Source: Strigamia acuminata (Eukaryota). From it: 64,000 nt of DNA. Positions 39,974 to 50,888 of this stretch are shown here, piece by piece. Positions within the stretch are counted from its first letter, which is position 1. Each line of letters opens with the position of its first letter. The position numbers were made by a program, and so were the translations under genes. The stretch covers positions 21,576,001-21,640,000 of the forward strand of contig OX442314.1 in NCBI GenBank assembly GCA_949358305.1, read 5' to 3'. Under the pieces are notes generated by a model, which was not told the origin of the DNA, made no database searches, and saw nothing but the letters and a program-made list of their open reading frames with translations.

Positions 39974-42900
39974 ATGTCGAATTTTGAGTCGTATTTGTCT
40001 TATATCGACAAAAACTTGCAGACACAATTACTTATTACTGTAGCAGTACTCTTTGTATCTAGATTAGTGTTGGGATACCTGAGGACTCCTAAAAATTTGC
40101 CCCCAGGACCATGGGGCATACCATTTTTTGGATACTTACTATTCTTTGGTAAAAATGCATCCATAACGATTGCTAACTTGAGAAAACGCTATGGCGATAT
40201 AATTAGGTAATTTTGTAATTTAATTCATGTCAGAGGTAAGTTTTTTCTTATATTTACTGTACATTTTAAACTTTTTGCTTTGCATCTGCTGACAGCAATG
40301 TGTGATTAATTGTCATAGACTGATAGATGGCTTATTTCAATTTATCAAGTGATAATGTTTCTTTATTAGTTTGTTTATTTATTTATTCAGAATCAATATG
40401 GGGTCTGAATATGCGATTTGTTTAACATCATACAAAGCTATTAAAGAAGCCTTAGTAAAACAAGCCGATATTTTTGCAGAACGGCCACCTCATCACGTTC
40501 CGGTTGAATTAAAAGATACCCCAGGTGTGTTTGTATGAATTCTTGTTAATTGTATGATGAATGTCTGAAGATTGAGATGGATGTAGTGAATTGAGACAAC
40601 GTGTTAGCGTTAGCGTAAAACCAGAAGTGGGTCCATTAAAGTTTATTTACGGTATAAGCACAGTACGCCAGGTGGCGCTCGTACATTAATGATGGTGATG
40701 CATACTAGGGGCGATATTCCTATGTGCCACAGTGTGATTCGCGTCTAGGTATATTTGACATGCACAATTGTATGAATTAGCGCGACATGTCACTTAAAGG
40801 AGGGCGTGCTGAGTACTGAGCGCGACATCGCATTCTAGCATGTGCGACATATAATGTAGTGCGACACGTAATACCGATGTGACGCGATTACACGTCTAAA
40901 TTGCTTGACGCGACATGTTGCAATTACGTGGCAAGACATGAGGTATGCACTGAACGATCGCAGGGTATTATGCATCATAGAGAAATATTGCAACATCAAA
41001 AAGATGCGCCCTGCAGCGTGATTGGTTGATTCTGTTGCTAAGTCACAACTTAGCTTGCAATATTATTTTGTTTAAATAATATTGCGTTTCACTGCAAAAA
41101 AAATTAGATTTTCGTCGATAAAATATTTTGGAAATATAACTGAAATGCGATATTTCCAAACCCGAAAGTTATATATTCCAAATTGTACAAACATCAAATT
41201 TCCAATCACTTTCCAACACTGAATGCAACCGTTTCCAAACTACTTTTCATAGCATGATACATTAAATTTCCAAACAGTTAAACACATATTTCTCAACCAG
41301 TAAAGTTAAGATTTCAAAATGTAAAATATGAGTTTCCCATCAGTAAATAACAACTTTCCAAATATAAAATTTGATATTTCTTGCTCACTCAAATGCGTAT
41401 ATTTGAGGTCACCACAGTATAAAAGCGATGTGCATACCACACTACTGTATGTGTGTGGTATGCATAAGCGCGACATCGCGTTTTTGCATTCACTAATACA
41501 TTAAGCGCGACATGACTAACATTAAATAAAAGTCTGAAGAATAATCACAACAATTGGAACCACTGCCTTAAGTATTGCAATTCGCGTCACGTTTTATGCG
41601 CAACGTAATATCTACATGTCGCGCGATGTTATATAATTGCGTTATATTGTATAACATATAAATGTTATATTAACATATAAATGTTTTCTTAAACTTTGCG
41701 ATGTCGCGCCAGGCAATACCACCGACATAATTAATTGCGACGTCGCGCTACATCATCTGTTACACAACTACCCAGATGCGTAGAGGTGCGAATTTGACTG
41801 TCGCGCCAACCCCTGTTGCTCGTATTACGCATCACCCTGAGTGGGATGCTACTTGCCGTGCAAATGTTTGCCCACTGAGGTTGGTCAGAGTAGCAGATCT
41901 AGCCGCTCAGGTGCAAGCTCAAGTTGAGACCGAGGATGCTGTCCAGGAACTAGGGCAACAGGGGCTGTGTGTTTTTTGTCTCCTGGCAAACAGAAGCACT
42001 GTAATGTTGCTCTGTGCGCATGCATACTTTTGTGCAGCCTGCAGCGAGCGTGTCATGACAACTGCACAAACCGGGAAGAGGACTCCAAGGTGGTCCTATT
42101 GCAGGGCAAATGTGCAGTCAACACTGCGTATATTCATGTAGGCTAGTGAGTGTTAGTAAGTACATACAACGAATTACTTAAAATAAAAATTAAAAACTGT
42201 AATGTTGATACAAATATTAGGCACGACGTAGTGCTTCTGCATCGCCTCTGTATTCACGAGCGCAATGTTGTGCTCCTGATTAAAATCAAGAAGCAACAAA
42301 AAAACATACGAATACATTATGTCTATTACCATCAGGCGCGACGTAGCTCTTAAGAATCGCACATGTATGCAGAAGCGCAACGTCGCTCTTCTACATGTCA
42401 CACTCACTTGTCAGTACGGCGGCCCATTAATGACCATCACAGAAACTCATAATATTTTAAAACTTGTGTGTCACTTGTAAGGTCTTCTAAGAAGCAGCGG
42501 TGATCTGTGGCTTCAACTTCGACGCTTTACACTCACAAATACGCGTGATTTTGGACTTGGAAGATCAAATTTTGAGCCACGAATTATGGTAAACATTTCT
42601 GAGTTTGTATTATTTTGTAAAAAATTGCAATTACTTTTTCTCTTTTGTGCAGGATGAAATTCATCACTTTGTGACGGAAATTGACGCTTTCAAAGGGCAG
42701 CCGATACCAAATATAAGAGAGGTTACTCATAAAAGTGTAACGAATTTGGTTTCCATGATCATTTTCGGCGAACGTTTCGATTACAACGACAAACAGTTTA
42801 TTGAATTCTTAAGTTCAAGTAAAGAACATTTCCGGAGAATTGGGATCGATAGACTCGTGGGTCTCTTTTCACCACTAGTCGCAAAAGTCTTACGATTAAA

Positions 42901-44934
42901 ATCACCTGTGTACGTACACGATTTACTCAATGAAATTGAGTTGTTAGCGTTTGTTTAATCATGGTGCACTGTATAATTCGTATAGACCGCCTGCTGTTGG
43001 CATGATAAAAGTTCTTTCGGATCTGGTGGTGAAACATGAAGCGAAACACGCAGCAAATAACCAGGAATCCAGAGATAATTTCATCGATGCTTGGTTCACG
43101 CAATCATTAAAAAAGAAAAATCCGACGACGAAATATTTAACAAGTACAGTATTCCAAACTTATTAATAAGGTCTAATCCAATTTTTTCCGCGAATAGTAG
43201 AAGTATTATTTGTCCATAATTAAAACCCCTCCAAAAAAAATCAGTGCTAACAAAATCCATCGTTCAATTGCTTTGACTAACGACATGCTAATGCTGTTAT
43301 ATTGCGAGCAACGTCGGTCAACGATTTAGTTGACTTTATTTCTCCATTTGGGGTTAGAACGGTGCCAGGAAGCGAGTTTTTAGCGGCGGAAATACAAGCT
43401 AACGATAAGGATTTAAAAAAGATTCTTAAAATCTGAACTGGTCGAACCACGCCTGCTACAACGATGAAGCGCCGCAAGCGCGTCGAATCTGAATGGTAAA
43501 AATAAAATATATCTGTACTACAGGAGCGGATTTATACAGGCTTTCGCAGTTCTCTCGAGGTGAAGGGCCCCTGTGGTTGCAGGAGGCCCCAAATCCCACC
43601 CCCCTAATTGTAAATTTCCCTCTGATCTGTTTGTTCGAAGCAGCATATCGAATTTGCTGTTAATTGGTGATAAGTTATCACCAACTAATAGCAAATATTA
43701 ATTCAAGGTTATTCAAGGTTATTCAAAGTTATTTACTTACTTGTTAGTGATAACCAGGGATTACGTTATCTGTGTAAAGTTTCTCTACGCTTTGAACCAA
43801 TGGTTTCCCAACTGTGCGCCGCGAAATACCAAAATGTATCAATATCAGGCAATATCAGCAAATATCATGCGAAAATTAATTTGGAACAGGAAATGGAGGT
43901 GGCTGTCTCCAGTTTAATTCCAAGATTTGAAAAAATGTGTAGTGAGCAACAAGCTCATCTGTCTCAATCTCACTAAGCATTAAATGTTTGTAATAATTTT
44001 TTTGGGGGAGCTGCGGAAAATTTTTGAGACAGAACAGAAAAAGTTTGGAAACCACTGCTTTAAATAAAATAAAAATGAAATAATTGATGTTGAAACTGAA
44101 AATAATACGAATTGTGATAAATGGAAATTCGATAAAATGATGGAAATCCATTTATTAGCGGAAATATGTCACATTCCTTTCAGATTCACACTTGACGATC
44201 GTTTTATTTGACTTGTTTATCGCTGGAAGTGAGACGTCAACAAATACTCTAAAGTGGGGTTTACTGCACATGATGAACCATCCAAATATACAAGATAAAG
44301 TGCATGAAGAAATTGATCGTGTTATTGGAAAAGAACGAATTCCTTCCATGTCCGATCAGGAATTAATGCCGTACACCGAAGCAACTTTAATGGAAATTAG
44401 TAGAATTTCTTCTGTTTTTCCCGTAGCTCTTATTCATCGGTAAATAAACATTTTTTTTATTATATAATTTCAGATGTGATATGTAGAAATGTTTCTGTTA
44501 ATATTGTAGCAATAATGCAGACACCGAACTGTTGGGAAAATTTATCCCAAAAGGATCAACCGTCATTACGAATCTGTGGAGTGTTCATCATGATCCAGAA
44601 ATATTTCCTGATCCTGAGGAATTTAAACCCGAACGATTTTTAACTGAAGATGGAAAAATAAAACGAGCTGAAGAGTATATTCCATTTTCTTTGGGTAAGC
44701 CAATGAAAACGGGACTGCACAAGTATAGTTTGCTTATTTGTGAATGGAAATTGTTTCGCAGGGAAGCGTCGGTGCATGGGTGAATCGCTGGCAAAAATGG
44801 AATTATTCCTCTTTTTTACCTCCATGATGCAACATTTTACTTTTAAAAAAGTAAACGAGTCAATCGATTTTGATTTCGATTACGGGCTTGTGAGCATGCC
44901 GAAAACTCAACCCATGTTTGCTATACCACGTTAA
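39974..44934 (+). CDS. Cytochrome P450, CYP2 clan, copy D (8 exons; introns 2 and 5 expanded)
   Basis: Near-identical to copy B; all exons in frame; FSLGKRRCMG. Confidence 0.9.
41776..42141 (+). pseudogene. C-terminal RING-HC finger ORF inside the intron-2 insertion of copy D
   Basis: [39 protein letters not shown]2-type terminal RING with the 7th ligand changed to W. Confidence 0.7.
43798..44057. mobile_element. hAT (Charlie-like) MITE in intron 5 of copy D
   Basis: TIRs CAATGGTTTCCCAAC / GTTTGGAAACCACTG; degenerate 8-bp TSD CTTTGAAC/CTTTAAAT. Confidence 0.65.
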
Positions 44935-46610
44935 AGTTTGCGTGTAATCTAACCATATATAACCATTTAAAAAATACTTACAGGGATAAAATTCTACTAT
45001 AAATTAACTATAAACTATTATTTCTCATGTACGGACGGACCAATCATTATAATTTACTAATCAATAATGCAGATAAATTTTGTGACTCGAATTCTATCCA
45101 TTGTTACTATCGCTTTAATAGTTGCTAAGCAACACACAGTGTACACTAATCTACTTGAAGAGTAATAAACAACAGGTCTCATCCGCCATGCCGGATTGAG
45201 ACATTCCAAACCTTTCAACCATCAAATTCCGAGTCGTTTTTCCTTAGCTGAGCAACAGCTACACATGTACGCATGACGCGAGGATCCAAATCTCAACATG
45301 AGAAAACAACAAATACATTGCTTTAGTGATATAAACATACAATAAACTAAAATACCGTATTTTACCGATTAAGAGTCGCCCTCGAATTGTAGCCGCCATC
45401 GAATGTCGAATAGTAGCCGCAGCTGAGACACCAAGAATACCGTAATTTTGTAAAAGTACGGAATTGTTTTCGTATTTAACCTCACGAACGATGAACCCTG
45501 AACGTACGCTTCGTTCGTGACGTTCAGACAAAATACGGTAACAATTTTTTTTATTGTTGAATCCATGAATAAATGTATATTTTGGTGGATTGCCTTTCAG
45601 TTTTTCTCCACTCCAATAATGATACTTAAAAATTCACTTGTAAGGTGCAAATATGGAGTGTTTTTTTTTTTTAAATCGAACAATTTCATCTACAATTTAT
45701 TTTTCAAAAAACAAAATATTAATAAAAATGCACATCAGTAATTAAATCAACATATTTTATTTATTGCTTAATGTATGATTTTTCTGTAAAGATAGGGATG
45801 AGCTCATTGGTCGGTTGTAAGAACCATCATTATTATGGAAGTACATCTGTGTACTGATAAATGATTGGTCCAAATGTTGGTACACAGTCACACCATACAC
45901 ACCATGGTGGCAATTTTTGAAAGTATTTTGAATGTTCAACGGTCTGGCAGATTCACTCTTTGTAATCTCCGGCTAAACAGGAGATGGCGCTACTAGTCGG
46001 GTTACGTCACTTCCGGTTCTACTAACGGGTTGCGCGGTCAGGTTCGAATTGCTCTACGAGAAAATTTTCAATAAGTATCGTTTTTTCTACCTTTTTCAAA
46101 AGAAATTGTTATATTTTTCGAACCCCTTTGTAATATCATTGTTTTTTATAGTTACATAAAATGAATTCCTTCGTTAAGGTTATCGGTTTCCCGATTATTA
46201 ATGACAATGACGATAATACTGACCACGCGGTCCAAACTTTGAACCAACAATCGCCGCTGCCTTCGCCGAGAAGGATGAACCAGCGGCTAGATGTGCTAAC
46301 CGACGAAATTGCGCGGTTTGATGCAGACTATCGCTGCAAATCAGATTGCTGCGGGAACGGTCGTCGTTCTTCCGCAGACTGGCGTACTTCCTGTGGCTGG
46401 GTCAGGCGCCGTGCCTGAACCGCTGACCACTAACGTCTTGGCTGGACGTCTTGGCTTTCTAACATGTGTTGGATAAACAGCCGGCGGAAACGGTTGTCGT
46501 TTTACCGCAAAGAAACCTTATCGCTACGGACGGAACGGTTAATATATCCGTTCCGACTTCCGTAAACGGAACAAAAATTTTTATTTTTTTGAACCCCGTT
46601 CTTGCGACTT

Positions 46611-47255
46611 CCCCTGTCGTCACAGGCGGAGCAGATCCCGAGCAGATCCAATAGTCGGGACAAACTGTGTTTTGTACTCCTTTCTGGCGAAATCCCCTGT
46701 CGTCACAGGCGGAGCAGATCCAATAGTCTGGACAAACTGTGTTTTGTACTCTGTTCTGGCGAAATCCCCTGTCGTCACAGGCGGAGCGGAATGCCCCTGT
46801 CGTTACAGGCGGAGCGGAATGCCCCTGTCGTTACAGGCGGAGCGGAATGCCCCTGTCGTTACAGGCGGAGCGGAATGCCCCTGTCGTTACAGGCGGAGCG
46901 GAATGCCCCTGTCGTTACAGGCGGAGCGGAATGCCCCTGTCGTTACAGGCGGAGCGGAATGCCCCTGTCGTTACAGGCGGAGCGGAATGCCCCTGTCGTT
47001 ACAGGCGGAGCGGAATGCCCCTGTCGTTACAGGCGGAACGAATCCAAATATCAGGACAAACTTTGTTTTGAACCTCGTTCTGGCAAAATCCCCTGTCGTC
47101 ACAGGCGAAGCGGATCCATTAGTCGGGAAAACTTGTTTTTTAGCCCCGCACTGGCGATTGCCCCTGTTGTTACAGGCGGAACGGATCCAAATATTGGGAC
47201 AAGCTTTGTTTTTGAACCCCGTCCTTGCGAATACCCCTGTCGTCGCAGGCGGACC
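46611..47255 (+). repeat. Composite tandem array: ~72-bp units plus ten 28-bp units (CCCCTGTCGTTACAGGCGGAGCGGAATG, 46766-47040)
   Basis: 15 copies of the core CCCCTGTCGTYACAGGCGGA counted. Confidence 0.95.
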
Positions 47256-49729
47256 GGTAATTTTATCCGCTTCGGATCCAACCGTAAACGGTACATACGC
47301 AGACGGATCGAACAATGTTTCTGATCCCGTCATCCCGGATAATATGGTTAATTTATCCGTTCCTATTACTGACGAATCGAACATGTTCCGATTCCGTCAT
47401 CCCAATCTCCCCTGTCGCCCAGTTGTTTCGGCTTGCGAGTTCTTGAGAGCCACTAGACAGATGGGCGAGCCACTAGACAGATGGGCGGACCACCGCTCGT
47501 TGGGGTCACATTGAATGCAAATTGATCGGGAAGTTTGTGCGCATGAAAATGAAAAGTAGGTTTTGACCGAAATTTAAGTCATAACTAAATTTAGTTATAA
47601 AGATCTTGTATTAGAATCACAAGAAGTGAAAAATATTCACTTTAATTTTGATTTTCTGTAGAAAAATCGAACATCTTCGTAAAACGAGAATTCTACCACG
47701 TGGTAAAACCATAAACAGGTTAATAAATAAAAATTATTTTATAAATCTACCACGGGAAATTATAAAATTCAGTCCGAATTTATCGTTGTTTTGTCCGCCT
47801 ACGGAACGTCGTTTTCACCGAATTCAAATTCGAATTATTTTCAATCGGCCATTTCAAGAAATTGACAAAAAAGTTATCAGACACTTACACCAACTTTTAT
47901 TTGGGAAATAAGTACAAAGGAAAGTCGATACTGTTTAAAGAACAGGTTTATTTGTTCTCAAATTTTGGTTACAAGATAAACACATACCTCATACCTGATC
48001 AACCTTACTTTCGTTTCGTATAATCAAGACCGTGATTTTAAAATAGTAAAATCCAACAAGGCAAGGATTATCGCTCGAATGTTCTAATCCGATGAAAACA
48101 TTTTACAGCTGCTTTGCCTAGAAACCAGAAGCGCCAAGAATCCAACGATTTAGCGTGCTTCCTAATTGTTATTAACAATTTTTCAATCGTGAATTCAGAT
48201 TGTTTTAATCACAATCTTTGTTTATTTCGATTTATAACTTATATCGAATCAGAGTGTCACAGTTCTCTTGTACGCATTTACGAAAGTGAATGAGATTGGT
48301 TTAGACAAATTTACTGGAAAAAGTTTCGATTGAAATAAATAGGAACAGAAATTTATCTATAATGTCTAAAAATATTCCGCTTTATTCTTGTGCTGTCAAT
48401 TACAAGAAAGAAAGTTGCATTCACTTTAATGCTAAAATTCTTAAAGGCAAATAGGTAAACTTTGCGAATTGCAAAAATCGAATCATTTCAGTACGGGAAA
48501 AAGGAATAAAGTTTACTCTTCATTCTCAAAATAAATAGAATACATATCAAATTGGTAAATGAATCAATTTATTTTATTCTGATTTTACAAAATGGTAAAC
48601 ATATTTACCAGAACTATAAGTATTTATTCAGTTCAAGAACTTTTTTGAAGCCATCTGCACACTAATTGTATGTAGTAGCAGATCGTTCAAAAGAACATTT
48701 CAATATTAAAAGTCCCTTTTTAAAATAAAATTGGAATATTTTAGAAGTTAGGTCAATCCAGACCATCACCTTTTACACTTGAAAGTATAATATATTACCA
48801 AGTTAAAGCACTTGCTTTTTCTCTAGTTTGTTGTAAGAACAACACGTCAAACATTTCGACTATTTAATAGATATTACGAATATGAATAAACCAGATGACC
48901 TTTTAAATCCCTGATTATTAAGCGCAGTTAATAAGAATTCAAACGAATACTTTATTTGCATTACTTTTCAATAAGATTGGAAAACACTTGGTTTTTATAA
49001 AGTTTTATTTAAATAAAACATTTTATGTCGTTCATACTTGAATAACGATACATTAAGATCAATTGATAAATTTGCGTCGCCACAAGTGGAAATTCTATCG
49101 AATCACCATACGTAAGGGATCCCTTGAAATATTTAAGATAAATGAGAGATTTTTCATTAACATCATCTGTAACCGAGATCTGAATCTAAATTTATTTTGC
49201 AAGAAATGAAATTTATCGTAAAAAAGTTAATTTTACCACTCGGTAAGACTTTTTAAAACTTATCATCGGAGGCTGAAAATTAAGCCGACTGGGACATAAT
49301 CATGCCCACCTAGAAAATACGGCAGATACTGTCTATTCTGAAAAGAAAGCATGTGTTGGATAACAACAAAGAACGCGATTACAAGAAATCGCAATTTCGA
49401 AAGAATTCGAAATAAGATCAAAAAAAAATCATTGCATTCTGAAATATGAATCTGAACTAGCCACGTATAATTTCGATTAAGTAAACAGGTTAATAAATAA
49501 ATATATTTATTTTCATACTTATAAAAAATAAGGATATACCTGATTACAAAGTAAAACTTTTTACATAAATAGGATTATTTTCACAAACCCATATTAATTA
49601 TCTGGAATAGTCCATCGAATTACGATCGAAGTCCATATCGAAATCGTTTGCCAAAGAGAAAGCGAAGAAATGGAATGTAACACATACAATAATGTATTCG
49701 TTGTTGTCTAACAACTAATAGTAGTTCGC

Positions 49730-50204
49730 ACTCTAAAAGGAGTTACTAATTTACGACCTAGTCTGCCACGGTACGTGGCAACATGGGATGTGGGTTTGGC
49801 TCTCAACGAATTGCGCAAACTCTGGCCACACGACAACTTAGATTGGATATGTCTACAAGAAAAGACACTTATTCTGCTTGCTTAACTACTGCAGCTAGAG
49901 TAAGCTCACTGCAACAATTGAAAACCTCGGAAATGACAGTGTCAACCGACGCTGTAATTTTCAACTCCAAAACTATGCACAAGATTCTCGTGCGGGTCAC
50001 CATACGGTTTACCGTCAAGAGTTCGGTGCTCATTCGACGCGAGCTGCGGCCACCAGTGCAGCCGCCAGTGTTATTCCGGTGCAACAAATATTAGGTGTTG
50101 CCGGTTGGACCTCCGAACAAACATTCGCGAGGTTCTACAACAAAACTATTGTCAACCACAATGCTTTTCAAGAATCAGTCCTAAACAGACCGATTCCAAA
50201 ATAA
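49730..50204 (+). pseudogene. DIRS tyrosine recombinase remnant (frameshifted, central deletion)
   Basis: LKGVTNLRPSLPRYVATWDV..TLILL/LTTAARVSSL, then FGAHSTRAAATSAA..ILGVAGWTSEQTFARFYNK (catalytic R, HxxR, W and Y all present). Confidence 0.9.
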
Positions 50205-50888
50205 TTTCATAAAATAAAAAATGATTAAACTGAAAAATTGTTAAACTTGTTTTTTCCAAAACAGTTTTATTTTTATCCTATGGAAAAAAGTTACCTTTCA
50301 AGTCTCCTGTTTAGCCGGAGATTACAAAGAGTGAATGTAATCTCGGCTGAACGAAGTGAAGCGGAGCGAAGCGGAGCGAACGAGTGAAAGCCGATAGCAT
50401 TCACTCGTGTAATTGGAGGTTTAACAGGACCCACCACATCCTCCCTTGTCACAACTAATTCATTTGGTCTCCATTTACCTCCAGCTAATAACTTTTAGTT
50501 ACACTCTAACGCTTATAATTAAGAAATATCGTAAATACGCTTACCGTCAACTCGGTGCTGTTGTTGACTCCATTTTTTCCTTCACTTCCTTTTTTCCAGG
50601 ATATAGCTTTTAAGACTGACGTAACCCGACTAGTAGCGCCATCTCCTGTTAAACCTCCAATTACACGAGTGAATGCTATCGGCTTTCACTCGTTCGCTCC
50701 GCTTCGCTCCGCTTCACTTCGTTCAGCCGAGATTACATTTGATCTGTTTTGATCGTAGCTTATCAGTTTGTTAAGCTTGTGTCTGTTTTGACCTAAATAT
50801 GGGCGGTTACTTGCAAGATGCTCATCGAACTCGATCCCATGGAAAACAAAACGTGTCTAATTTCAAGAAAATGGAGCAGATCGGGCAA

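Larger units (their letters stand above)
45951..50739 (+). mobile_element. DIRS1-type tyrosine-recombinase retroelement, internally degraded (non-autonomous)
   Basis: Perfect 34-bp ITR (45976-46009 vs 50617-50650); ICR 50303-50429 complementary to the left end (45951-45984) and the right end (50644-50739), joined at a shared AAT/ATT; YR remnant. Confidence 0.92.

Noticed and set aside
46611..47255. CRISPR-like appearance (palindromic repeats with ~50-nt spacers)
   Set aside because: Spacers are homologous to each other, most units have no spacer, there are no cas genes, and the context is a eukaryotic retroelement.
47900..48250. Faint RT-like fragments (LQD..HIP, PYFRFV, APRI) in the DIRS interior
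   Set aside because: Scattered across frames with wrong spacing and no YxDD; could be chance.
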